Both the position numbers and the translations under genes were made by a program. A stretch of 64,000 nucleotides of DNA from positions 1 through 64,000 of the IMG/VR virus record IMGVR_UViG_3300021091_005330. One strand, written 5' to 3'. This stretch comes from a virus. This document shows positions 38,914 through 48,060 of this stretch, piece by piece. The first letter of the stretch is position 1, and every line of letters starts with the position of its first letter. The notes under the pieces were generated by a model. The model saw only the letters and a list, made by a program, of their open reading frames with translations, did no database searches and was not told where the DNA came from.

Positions 38914-39548
38914 ACTTTTATAATATCTTTAAGTTGTTCTAATTTAGATTTTTCATTTCCAGTATTATTTTCGGTAAGTCCTAAGGCATGATAAATAAAG
39001 CTTCCATGATCATTAAAAGAGTGAGACGGAAAAGTAGAAGTTTTTTCAGCAAATTTTTTATAATTTTCTCTAAGCATGGCTTGAAAAATTGGTTGATCGT
39101 CTATTGAGCCATCGTTTATTTCACAAGCTTCTATTGAGGAATTAATTATATCCAACATATATTCAGAACTTTTAATAAAAAATACTCCAAAATTAAAATT
39201 CCAATATCTATCTTGTGGCTTTTGATTAACGTAACATACTATAAATTCAGCATTTTTGTCGGACATCTCTATAAAATTTTTTAAATTGATGTCATGATTT
39301 AATATTACAGCATCCGCATCTAAATAAAAAATCCAGTCATATTTTTCATTTTCTATTATTGATTTTAATATAAATGGTTTATTCCAGTATGCTCTTCTTT
39401 CATTAGTTATGCTTTTAGGAACAAAATCTCCAATATAGTCTTGATAATCTAAATTGTATTTTTTGCAATACTCTATATTCTTTGGTTTAGTTAAATTGAG
39501 CGCGTTCATAAACCTGTCATCGGAATGTTGTATGACTTTAATACGCAT
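38910..39548 (-). CDS. GT34-like glycosyltransferase
   Basis: YWNKPF, WIFYLDADAVI, NFGVFFIK, DQ. Confidence 0.75.
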   Translation of the reverse strand: MRIKVIQHSDDRFMNALNLTKPKNIEYCKKYNLDYQDYIGDFVPKSITNERRAYWNKPFILKSIIENEKYDWIFYLDADAVILNHDINLKNFIEMSDKNAEFIVCYVNQKPQDRYWNFNFGVFFIKSSEYMLDIINSSIEACEINDGSIDDQPIFQAMLRENYKKFAEKTSTFPSHSFNDHGSFIYHALGLTENNTGNEKSKLEQLKDIIKV

Positions 39549-39554
39549 ATTAAA

Positions 39555-39583
39555 ATTATAAAATAAAAATATTTTTAAGTCAA
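39555..39583 (-). promoter_or_regulatory. sigma70-type promoter, leaderless geometry
   Basis: TTGACT-17-TATAAT-6 nt-ATG(39548). Confidence 0.75.
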
Positions 39584-39591
39584 AATAATTT

Positions 39592-39620
39592 TTGACAAAA
39601 TTATAAATACTTTATAATAT
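39592..39620 (+). promoter_or_regulatory. sigma70-type promoter facing the structured non-coding segment
   Basis: TTGACA 39592-39597, 17 nt, TAATAT 39615-39620; no start codon at the usual leaderless distance. Confidence 0.65.
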
Positions 39621-39629
39621 AAATCATAC

Positions 39630-39910
39630 ATACCGCTCAATTAGCGGATAAGGTTTGTCGTACTCCGTGAAACGATAAGTCTTATTAGTTCGCGCGTGGG
39701 CAACGCTATCGGAGCTTGCGACCCAGAAAACCACTAGTAATAATGGGTGTGTAGGTGTAAGGGCTAACACGAGAATGACAGTCCTACCGGTGTCTGATAA
39801 GTGTTAGGAGCCGAAAGGCTTATGGACTCAATTGGGAAGTTGAACTAATAGACTTTTATAGCCCTTTTACAGGGAAAGCTCCGCTTTGGGGAGCTCATTG
39901 GGAAGTTAAA
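39630..39910 (+). ncRNA. Putative structured ncRNA of unrecognised family
   Basis: GC-elevated ORF-free island with multiple hairpins, GNRA loops, long-range pairing and two candidate pseudoknots, behind its own promoter. Confidence 0.6.
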
Positions 39911-40034
39911 TAATTAAACGTAACGATACACTTGATTATGTCTTTTTATTAAATGTTAATAACAAATTAAAATTTTCTTTTTAAAAAAGTAAAACTACTG
40001 TAACATAAATATATCTGTTGGAGAAAGTTATTTA

Positions 40035-42296
40035 ATGAATAAAAGTTTTAATGTAAAAAAAAGAAATGGGGCAACTGAAAAATTTGATATAGAAAAAATA
40101 CATAAAGTAATTAACTGGGCGATAGAAGATTTATCTAATGTTAGCTTAACGGATATAGAAATAAATGCTAAAATTAATTTGCACGACGGAGTTTCAACAA
40201 AAGAAATACATAAACTTTTAATTGAATCTGCTGCCAATTTAATTTCTGTACAAAAACCTAATTATCAATATGTCGCTGGTAGGCTTTTGAATTATCAACT
40301 TAGAAAAGATGTATGGAAAGGAAAGCATGCTCCAAGATTACTAGAATTCCTTAATCAAGGACTAAAAAATAAAATTTATGATCCTATCATATTAGGAAAA
40401 TATACAGAAGATGAAATTAACAAAATGGGTGAATTTGTGGACCATGAAAAAGATTATGATTTTACATACGCTGGTATAAAACAATTGTGTGACAAATATT
40501 TAATAAAAGATCGGGTTACGCATAAGATATACGAAACTCCTCAATTTGCTTATGTATTAATATCTGCTTATGCTTTTATTAACTATCCAAAAGAAACTAG
40601 ATTATCATATGTTAGAAAATTTTATGAGGCTATAAGCAAACATAAGATTAATCTTCCTACGCCAGTTATGGCTGGAGTAAGAACTCCTAGTAAGAATTAT
40701 GCTAGTTGTTGCTTAATTGGTGTTGACGATACTCGCGAAAGCATAACAGCAAGTGCTACTGCAGTTAGTATGGCTACAGCTAACAGATGTGGCATTGGAA
40801 TAGATGTTAGCAAAATTAGAGCTCTTGGCTCTCCAATTAAAAACGGAGAAGTAGTGCATACAGGTTTGATTCCTTTTTTAAAAATCTATGAAAGTAGTGT
40901 TAAAGCTTGGCAGCAAAATGGGTTAAGAGGAGGAAGCGCCACTTGTAATATTCAATGGTGGCATTATGAAATAGAAGACATTGTTGTATTAAAAAATAAT
41001 GCTGGTACAGATGATAATCGTGTTAGAAAATTAGATTATACAGTTGGAATGAGTAAACTTTTTTACGATAGAGTATTAAAAGATGAAGACATTATTCTAT
41101 TTAATACTGTTGAAGTTCCAGAACTTTATGAAGCTTGGGGCACGAAAGACTTTGATAAAATATATAAAGAATGCGAATCTAAAAAATTAAAAATAAAAAA
41201 GAAAATTTCTGCTAGAAGATTATTTTCTTTAATAATTAAAGAAAGAGTTGAGACTGGAAGAATTTATATTCTTAACGTAGATCACGCTAATAATCATGGG
41301 GCTTGGTTAGACAAAGTAACAATGAGTAATTTATGTACCGAAGTTATACATCCAACTATTCCTTTAAACGATTATAATGATAAAGACGGAGAAATTGGAA
41401 TGTGCATTCTTTCAGCAGTCAATATGCTTGAAATTAAAAATTGGCAAGATTTAGAAAAAACTTGTGATCTTATCGTTAGGTTTCTTGACGAAATTATCGA
41501 GCTTCAAGATTATTTTAATATTGCTGCAGAAAATTTTGCAAAAAAACGTCGTAGTCTTGGAATAGGCATAACAAATCTTGCTGCTTATTTCGCTAAAAAT
41601 GAATTAAAATATACTTCTGATAAAACGTTATCAACTTTAGACGAATGGATGGAGCACTTTCAATATTATCTTTTAAAATCTAGTTTAGAATTAGCCAAAG
41701 AAAAAGGTAAATGCGAAAAATTTGATAGAACAAAATACGCTAAAGGTATACTTCCTATTGATACATACAAAGATAAAGTAGATGAAATTTGTAAAAGGAA
41801 ACTTTGTTTAGATTGGGAATCTCTTAGGAAAGAAATAAAAGAACATGGTTTAAGACATTCTACATTATCTTCATGTATGCCTTGTGAAAGTAGTTCTGTT
41901 ATTCAATCTTCTACTAATGGAGTAGAGCCAATAAGAAGCTTAATAACGTATAAAATGAGTAAAATGGGTAAGCTACCAGTATTAGTTCCAGGGGTTGGTA
42001 AATATGATGATAATTATGAATTAGCCTATGATTTTAAAGATAATACTGGAATATTAAAAGTTAATGCTATTATTCAAAAATATATTGACATGGCTATTTC
42101 AACTAATGTATACTATAATTATTCACATTATGAAAACAATATTCTTCCAGATTCAAAAGTTATGAAAGAAATTATGTATGCTTATAGTTTAGGCTTAATT
42201 AGCTTATATTACAATAATAGCGATGATGGAGATAAAGAACAGCTAATGAACCAAAAAGAAGATAGAGATTGCTCCTCTGGAGCATGTAAACTATAA
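40035..42296 (+). CDS. nrdA: Ribonucleoside-diphosphate reductase class Ia, alpha subunit (with ATP cone)
   Basis: VKKRNG ATP cone, PTPVMAG, ASCCL, SNLCTE, C-terminal CSSGAC. Confidence 0.97.
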   Translation: MNKSFNVKKRNGATEKFDIEKIHKVINWAIEDLSNVSLTDIEINAKINLHDGVSTKEIHKLLIESAANLISVQKPNYQYVAGRLLNYQLRKDVWKGKHAPRLLEFLNQGLKNKIYDPIILGKYTEDEINKMGEFVDHEKDYDFTYAGIKQLCDKYLIKDRVTHKIYETPQFAYVLISAYAFINYPKETRLSYVRKFYEAISKHKINLPTPVMAGVRTPSKNYASCCLIGVDDTRESITASATAVSMATANRCGIGIDVSKIRALGSPIKNGEVVHTGLIPFLKIYESSVKAWQQNGLRGGSATCNIQWWHYEIEDIVVLKNNAGTDDNRVRKLDYTVGMSKLFYDRVLKDEDIILFNTVEVPELYEAWGTKDFDKIYKECESKKLKIKKKISARRLFSLIIKERVETGRIYILNVDHANNHGAWLDKVTMSNLCTEVIHPTIPLNDYNDKDGEIGMCILSAVNMLEIKNWQDLEKTCDLIVRFLDEIIELQDYFNIAAENFAKKRRSLGIGITNLAAYFAKNELKYTSDKTLSTLDEWMEHFQYYLLKSSLELAKEKGKCEKFDRTKYAKGILPIDTYKDKVDEICKRKLCLDWESLRKEIKEHGLRHSTLSSCMPCESSSVIQSSTNGVEPIRSLITYKMSKMGKLPVLVPGVGKYDDNYELAYDFKDNTGILKVNAIIQKYIDMAISTNVYYNYSHYENNILPDSKVMKEIMYAYSLGLISLYYNNSDDGDKEQLMNQKEDRDCSSGACKL

Positions 42297-42833
42297 ATGT
42301 ATTTTTCTCAGATAGGACAGGATAGGCTTGTGGATAATTTTTTAGATTTTAAAACTAATGGATATTTTTTAGATATAGGAGCTCATCATTACAGACACAT
42401 AAGTAATACTTACTTTTTTGAAAAGGTAAGAAATTGGCGAGGAATCGCAGTAGAGCTAGATCAATCATTTCAAAACGAATGGATCTCTAATAGACCTAAT
42501 TCTATTTTTATTAATCAAAACGCTTTAGATATTAACTATAGAGATTTATTATTAAAATATGATTTTTCATTAAAAATAGATTTTCTTTCTTTAGATTTAG
42601 AGCCACCAGAAGTAACTCTTGAGGCTTTATACAAAATATTTCAAAGTGATATTACTTTTAACACTATAGCTTTTGAAGTAGATGATTATAGACAAAAGAA
42701 TACTAAGAATAAATCTCGGGAATTTTTATCATCTAAAGGTTACCATTTTGTAGCAGAACTTTATGATAGAAATAATTCTGGTATGATACATGTAGACGAT
42801 TTTTGGGTACATAAGTCTATTCTAAAAAATTAG
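42297..42833 (+). CDS. FkbM-like SAM methyltransferase
   Basis: SQIGQD, FLDIGA, SNTYFFE..W.GI.VE, IDFLSLDLE. Confidence 0.8.
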   Translation: MYFSQIGQDRLVDNFLDFKTNGYFLDIGAHHYRHISNTYFFEKVRNWRGIAVELDQSFQNEWISNRPNSIFINQNALDINYRDLLLKYDFSLKIDFLSLDLEPPEVTLEALYKIFQSDITFNTIAFEVDDYRQKNTKNKSREFLSSKGYHFVAELYDRNNSGMIHVDDFWVHKSILKN

Positions 42834-42847
42834 TGTAAATATAAGCT

Positions 42848-43912
42848 ATGAAATCAGTTTTAAATTTAAAAAATATAGACCATACTAAACAACCATTATT
42901 TTTTGGAGAAGATCTCAATCTACAAAGATATGATCGATTTAAATATCCTATATTTTTTGAGTTATTTAAAAAACAAGAAGAATTTTTTTGGTGGCCCCAC
43001 GAAGTATCCTTAAACAAAGACAGAAGTGATTATAAAGAACTAGCTGGTCAAGAAAGATTTGTTTTTGATACTAATTTAAAATTTCAAACTCTTGGAGATA
43101 GTATGCTTTCTAGAAGCATTCATTCTCTTAAAGATTACGTAAGTAATCCAGAGCTTGAAATATGTATGAACACTTGGCAAAGATTTGAAGGAATTCATAG
43201 TTATTCTTATTCATATTTACTTAATAATGTGCACCCAGATGCTAGTAAATTTTTTGATAGCATTATGGAAGATAAAGAGATTACTTCTAGAGCAGAGTTA
43301 ATAAAAAATAATTTTGATAAAATCCTTGGCTCAGATGAGAAAAAAGACTTAAAACAAAAAATATTTGATTGTGTTCTTTCCGTTAATGTAATGGAAGGGC
43401 TTGTGTTTTATGTATCTTTTGCTTGTTCTTTTTATTTTGGATATCGCGGCAAGATGGAAGGGAATGCCAAAATTATTAAATTTATTCAAAGAGATGAAGC
43501 CTTACATTTTGCGACTACTCAAAATATCATTAAGATATTAAAAGAAGAAGATAAAGAAGGTTTTACTTCTATAGTAAAGAAAAGCGAAGATAAGATTTAT
43601 GCATTTTATGAACAAGCTGCGAAGAATGAAATAGAGTGGGCGCAGTACCTCTTCAAGAATGGATCATTACTTGGATTAAATGCTGAAGTTTTAGGGGGAT
43701 ATGCAAAATGGTTATGCGACAACAGATTAAGATCTTTAGGATATAAAAAGATTTTTAATCAAAAAGATAATCCTATAGCTGGTTGGATGGATAGCTATAT
43801 GGATAGTAGTAAGGTACAAACTGCTCCACAAGAGACAGAGCTACAATCTTATAAAATAGGAGCTAGAAAAACCGATATATCTGATAACGATTTTAATGAT
43901 TTAAAATTATAA
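42848..43912 (+). CDS. nrdB: Ribonucleoside-diphosphate reductase class Ia, beta subunit
   Basis: FWWPHE, FEGIHSYSY, EGLVFYVSF, RDEALH, APQETE; GTGTAA at 42833-42838. Confidence 0.97.
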   Translation: MKSVLNLKNIDHTKQPLFFGEDLNLQRYDRFKYPIFFELFKKQEEFFWWPHEVSLNKDRSDYKELAGQERFVFDTNLKFQTLGDSMLSRSIHSLKDYVSNPELEICMNTWQRFEGIHSYSYSYLLNNVHPDASKFFDSIMEDKEITSRAELIKNNFDKILGSDEKKDLKQKIFDCVLSVNVMEGLVFYVSFACSFYFGYRGKMEGNAKIIKFIQRDEALHFATTQNIIKILKEEDKEGFTSIVKKSEDKIYAFYEQAAKNEIEWAQYLFKNGSLLGLNAEVLGGYAKWLCDNRLRSLGYKKIFNQKDNPIAGWMDSYMDSSKVQTAPQETELQSYKIGARKTDISDNDFNDLKL

Positions 43913-43953
43913 TTTTACATATAATATTAATTCCCATTAGTGTAATTATTTAT

Positions 43954-44289
43954 ATGGAACATCTTCAGTGGTTATTAAATATATCTTTTGGAATTGGAGC
44001 CTTTCTTGCAGGATGGGTATTTACCCGTCTTTTTTCTATGATGGATAATCAAGATAAATTAATGAAAGATATAAATGACAAAACTTTCACAGATTTTATT
44101 ACTTTAAGAAAAGAAGTAGAAGCAGAAAGCAGAAAACATCAACAAGATATATCTGATTTAGCATTAAAAATAAGCACTACTTATGTTACAAAAGAGTCGT
44201 TTGAGATATATTTTGATAGGATAGAAGCTAAATTAGATAGAAATTTTGAAATTATTCAACAGCATTTAATCAATAAAAATAAACATTAA
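43954..44289 (+). CDS. Single-TM, coiled-coil membrane protein (holin/XhlA-like candidate)
   Basis: N-terminal hydrophobic helix, YVTKE..F..IE.KLD; GTGTAA at 43940-43945. Confidence 0.45.
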   Translation: MEHLQWLLNISFGIGAFLAGWVFTRLFSMMDNQDKLMKDINDKTFTDFITLRKEVEAESRKHQQDISDLALKISTTYVTKESFEIYFDRIEAKLDRNFEIIQQHLINKNKH

Positions 44290-45065
44290 CTATATAGTTT
44301 ATCTATTTTACCTCTCATAGAAACTTTTGAATAATTTTTAACTTGTTCGTCTATTGGCATCAGCTCATTATTATTATTTAGCTGAAAAAATTGTTTAGCT
44401 AAATGCATTTTAGGGTCGAACATATAAATATTTAACATTGGATTGCATATCATAGATATGTCAATCTCATTAACCATAGGAATCATTTTGGTTAAGACTT
44501 TATTTATATTTTCACCTTTAATTAAATATGCATGACATCCTATGCCTGGATAATCCGGCCATGGAGGATTGTAAACGCCTTGGAAAACATTATGTTTTTG
44601 AAAATTTATTTTTTTAACTTTAGTAGAATATATTTCATTATCTTTGTAATTAAAATTCTCTTCTGTTAGGGTATCTAGAAAGCAAATATCATAGTTATTT
44701 GGTATACTATTGGTTATTATATTTAATATATTTCTATTTACGACTACATCATCTTCTAAAATTAAGAAATCTTCATTTCCTAAAGCTTGATTTTTTTTTA
44801 CTTTATCTTGTATATTTTTCCACATTTTAATATGAGATAAGGCTGCCCCAGCCGACCATTTAACTTTCTTTAATCTTCCATATAAAAATGCACCACTTAA
44901 ATTCGGGTTTTTTAATTCATCGTCCAGCAATGCTCCATTAATTCCATCGAAATAAATTATTTCGTATTTATTTAAATTAGCTTCTTTTATATAGTTTTTT
45001 ATTACTTCTAATCTATCTTGACATTCTTTAAAATGTTTAGCTAAAGTTAGTACATATATGATCAT
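44286..45065 (-). CDS. GT25 glycosyltransferase
   Basis: FDGING, LSHIKMW, LILEDDV, GCHAYLI, EID. Confidence 0.8.
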   Translation of the reverse strand: MIIYVLTLAKHFKECQDRLEVIKNYIKEANLNKYEIIYFDGINGALLDDELKNPNLSGAFLYGRLKKVKWSAGAALSHIKMWKNIQDKVKKNQALGNEDFLILEDDVVVNRNILNIITNSIPNNYDICFLDTLTEENFNYKDNEIYSTKVKKINFQKHNVFQGVYNPPWPDYPGIGCHAYLIKGENINKVLTKMIPMVNEIDISMICNPMLNIYMFDPKMHLAKQFFQLNNNNELMPIDEQVKNYSKVSMRGKIDKLYS

Positions 45066-45070
45066 ATATG

Positions 45071-45418
45071 TTAATTTTCTAAAGTAGGATGTCTTTTATT
45101 TTTTCTTTTTTTCTTCCACCCTTGTAAATATTTCTTTTTTAGTGGATCTTCTCCATATATTTTTTTTCTTTTTTCAGAAAGTTCAGAGCTTCTATCCATT
45201 AGATCACCGATAGTACCTTTTTTATTTTTTGTAAATTCAGAAAATTGTTTTTCTGTGCAATTAACATCAAGAGTACCTTCTGTATTTAATTGAGGAATCG
45301 TAAATACTCTTTCCCACTTAACACCTTCTTTATCAATGTATTCGTGTGTCTCATGAATACTTTGAATTATTTCTATGATTTTTTTAGTAGTGGGATGCTG
45401 ATATATATATTGAGGCAT
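45071..45418 (-). CDS. FmdB-like small protein (Zn ligands absent)
   Basis: MPQYIYQ....IEIIQSIHE...WERVF.IP. Confidence 0.5.
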   Translation of the reverse strand: MPQYIYQHPTTKKIIEIIQSIHETHEYIDKEGVKWERVFTIPQLNTEGTLDVNCTEKQFSEFTKNKKGTIGDLMDRSSELSEKRKKIYGEDPLKKKYLQGWKKKRKNKRHPTLEN

Positions 45419-46515
45419 TATTTATTTATAATATTTATAATATTATCATACATTTTTTTATCAGAGAAAGATTCTTGTAATTTTAATCCTTCTGTATTAA
45501 TTGGATCTTTTTCTACTTTTTCTATTGCTTTTTCGCAACCATGTATGAATTCTTCTTCATCAAAATCGTATATATGTCCTTGATTAAATGGGATATCTTT
45601 TTTGAAGAACATATTATCATACGCTTCTATTTTATCCTTACTAGGGTTTACTAATATAGAATTGTTTTCATTAGCCCATCCTTTGTATCCGTGAGCATTC
45701 ATAATAATTCCATGTTTACCTAACGCAACAGAATGAAACTCGGGTAAACCCCAACCTTCGCCGCCACTCATACCAATTATAATATTCGCACTATTTAGAA
45801 AATCATTGTACGCCGTATTTTTTTCCATCATGCCTAAGAAAGATATATTAAAATATTTATTTCCTTCTAAAATATTTAAAATAAGATTCTGTTGATCTTC
45901 AATTTTTAAAAACGGATTAAATATAGCGCACTGTAAGAAATATTTTTTATTATTTCCAAATTTTTTAATCCATGATTTTATTATTTTCTGATGTCTTTTT
46001 CTTTTTTCTAATTTGCCACATAGATTGAAAACTATTCTTCCATCTTGAAAATACTTTTTTGATGTCTGTTTAAAATTGTAATGATCAAACGCTAATGGTA
46101 CGTAATGCACATTTTTACAGCCCTTAGATCTAAAATTTTCTACCGAAAATTCAGAACTAAATATTACATTTTTTTGATTTGCTACGATGTTTACTTCTTC
46201 TTTTGTTGGAGCATCTAATTCGTAGAATGTGAATAAATTTTGTTCTTTAGAAAGACTCTCTAAAGAACCGTTAAGATGCCATAATTTAAAATTAGGATTA
46301 TTTCTATCATGCCTACTTAATGATATAGAAATTTTATTTTCTATCCATTTTATAAAATTAGGATTGATAGATTCTTGAGCTGATAAATCTATTTGATTTC
46401 CTATAACAAATAAATCAGGATCTACCTTACTATCAAGAAGAAAATTTCTCAATAATAAGGTAGAAACCTGACCAAAACTTACAGAATTAACTGGAAGATT
46501 TAGACAAATTCTCAC
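45418..46515 (-). CDS. GT4 glycosyltransferase
   Basis: GKLEKRK, GEGWGLPEFHSVALGK. Confidence 0.85.
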   Translation of the reverse strand: MRICLNLPVNSVSFGQVSTLLLRNFLLDSKVDPDLFVIGNQIDLSAQESINPNFIKWIENKISISLSRHDRNNPNFKLWHLNGSLESLSKEQNLFTFYELDAPTKEEVNIVANQKNVIFSSEFSVENFRSKGCKNVHYVPLAFDHYNFKQTSKKYFQDGRIVFNLCGKLEKRKRHQKIIKSWIKKFGNNKKYFLQCAIFNPFLKIEDQQNLILNILEGNKYFNISFLGMMEKNTAYNDFLNSANIIIGMSGGEGWGLPEFHSVALGKHGIIMNAHGYKGWANENNSILVNPSKDKIEAYDNMFFKKDIPFNQGHIYDFDEEEFIHGCEKAIEKVEKDPINTEGLKLQESFSDKKMYDNIINIINK

Positions 46516-46832
46516 AATAGAGATTCGTCGCTTTCTTCTACAACTTCCTTAGTTTTTTTAACAGAAGCAGTTACTTTTTTAGCAACTACTGGTTCGTTAG
46601 ATGATTTTGTAGTTTCTAATGGTTTAGAAATATAGATTCTATAATCGGGAGCTTTTTCATTATTGTTTTTATTCTTATTAGAAAATACAACAATTTTTAG
46701 CTCTTTTTCAATACCTAATTCGTCTACTTTTACATAGCCAGATAGATACTTTTGACTTTGTCCTTCTCTTTTCCAGAGAGCTCCAATATCTCTTTTTGAC
46801 CATTCATTTTGTGTTTTATTATTTGTATTCAT
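46512..46832 (-). CDS. DUF736-like putative ssDNA-binding protein
   Basis: IGALWKR...YLSG...KAPDYRIY; acidic tail. Confidence 0.55.
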   Translation of the reverse strand: MNTNNKTQNEWSKRDIGALWKREGQSQKYLSGYVKVDELGIEKELKIVVFSNKNKNNNEKAPDYRIYISKPLETTKSSNEPVVAKKVTASVKKTKEVVEESDESLL

Positions 46833-46868
46833 ATATACTTACCTTTCGTTGTTTATTTTTTTGTCCTT

Positions 46869-47480
46869 TTAAATAGTATCATAAAGTTTGTCACTTTCTA
46901 ATTTATTTTTAAGAAATTTTAAAGTTTTGTTATGCAAATTTATGACTGTTTGCGTACTGACTTTTAGTTTCTTAGCGATTTTACTCCATGATACATTTTT
47001 TTTATCAGAAAAATATCTTATTTTAAATATTTTTTCTATTCTTTTGTCTTTTAATTTAGATAATATATTAAATATATATTCATAATTTTCTTTGTGAATA
47101 ATTTTAAATATCTCTAAAGACTGCTTTTGTTCAATAATATTTTTAATATTTTCATGATCCATAGATATTGAAGAGTTATTTTTATTCATAGAATTTAAAC
47201 AATAAAATCTCATTTGATTACCTACCCAAGTAGAAAATTTAATATTTTTTGTAGGATCAAAATTTAGTGCAGATTTATACATAACATAATCTTTCTCTTT
47301 CGCTAATTCATTTGGGTCTACTCCCACGGAAGATAAAGCATTATAATATTTTTTAATCATAGAGAAACATACTCCGCTATGTCTTTGTTCTAGTTCTTTC
47401 ATTGCTTCGCTGCAATTCTTACATTTTACTTCTTCTACAAGATCTAAATCGTTTTTAAGTTTGTATATTGAGTTTTCCAT
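46869..47480 (-). CDS. Phage RNA polymerase sigma factor (sigma70 family regions 2 and 4)
   Basis: FDPTKNIKFSTWV (region 2); SWSKIAKKLKVSTQTVINLHNKTLKFLK (region 4 HTH). Confidence 0.85.
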   Translation of the reverse strand: MENSIYKLKNDLDLVEEVKCKNCSEAMKELEQRHSGVCFSMIKKYYNALSSVGVDPNELAKEKDYVMYKSALNFDPTKNIKFSTWVGNQMRFYCLNSMNKNNSSISMDHENIKNIIEQKQSLEIFKIIHKENYEYIFNILSKLKDKRIEKIFKIRYFSDKKNVSWSKIAKKLKVSTQTVINLHNKTLKFLKNKLESDKLYDTI

Positions 47481-48060
47481 ATATTTGTTCTAGAAATTTT
47501 AAATGCTCATAATAAAGAGCATCATTATTTTCTTCCGTTCTCCATGTTAATTTTAAGTCAGCCATATTTTTTATCTTTACATCGTTTTCTTTTTCTTCTA
47601 TATTTGCTGGTGGTATTAAATTACCATTAAGATCTAATCTTGAAATATGAATTAAAATGCCATTTTTATTTTTAAGCCAATAGTATTCGTCTTCTGGATA
47701 TTCCATATACCTAATGTCAGTTATTATTGGTATAATATTTTTTGATATTAATCTCTCTAATTCATCCTCTACTTTCTGTGTCCAGTGTGTCCCTTTAGAT
47801 ATAGATCTTCTTATTTTTCCATATGAAACCATGATTGGTCTAACGAGAGATTTTTCTTCTGCTGTAGATTTAGTTATATCAATTAAAAATTTATCTAAGA
47901 TAAAATCTTTTAAATCATTTTTTAAATTATCAGCAAGAGCAATTCTTTTAGAAATTATATTTTTTTGGCTTAGATATCTAGCAATCATATTACAAAGAGT
48001 ATCTTTTCCAGATGTAGCTACTCCAGATATTCCAATTAGTTTAATTATATTTTTTGACAT
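47455..48060 (-). CDS. Deoxynucleoside monophosphate kinase
   Basis: IGISGVATSGKDT, ALADNLK, ITDIRY. Confidence 0.8.
   Translation of the reverse strand: MSKNIIKLIGISGVATSGKDTLCNMIARYLSQKNIISKRIALADNLKNDLKDFILDKFLIDITKSTAEEKSLVRPIMVSYGKIRRSISKGTHWTQKVEDELERLISKNIIPIITDIRYMEYPEDEYYWLKNKNGILIHISRLDLNGNLIPPANIEEKENDVKIKNMADLKLTWRTEENNDALYYEHLKFLEQIYGKLNIQT

Noticed and set aside
35232-39548. Bacterial chromosomal LPS/capsule locus
   Set aside because: No flippase, polymerase or export genes; the cluster is embedded among phage-type replication and virion genes with the same promoter style
39790-39830. Hammerhead ribozyme (CUGAUAA...GCCGAAAGGC)
   Set aside because: Core is not CUGANGA and there is no GAAA after the stem; the GAAA here is a tetraloop
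39630-39910. RNase P RNA or group I intron
   Set aside because: GGGAAAGCUCC and GGCUUAU only loosely resemble RNase P conserved regions and occur in the wrong order; no P7 consensus or flanking exons
24317-43912. Inteins or self-splicing introns in dnaE, dnaB, recA, nrdA, nrdB
   Set aside because: ORFs are continuous and of normal length, with no C...HN-C/S/T or LAGLIDADG insertions recognised
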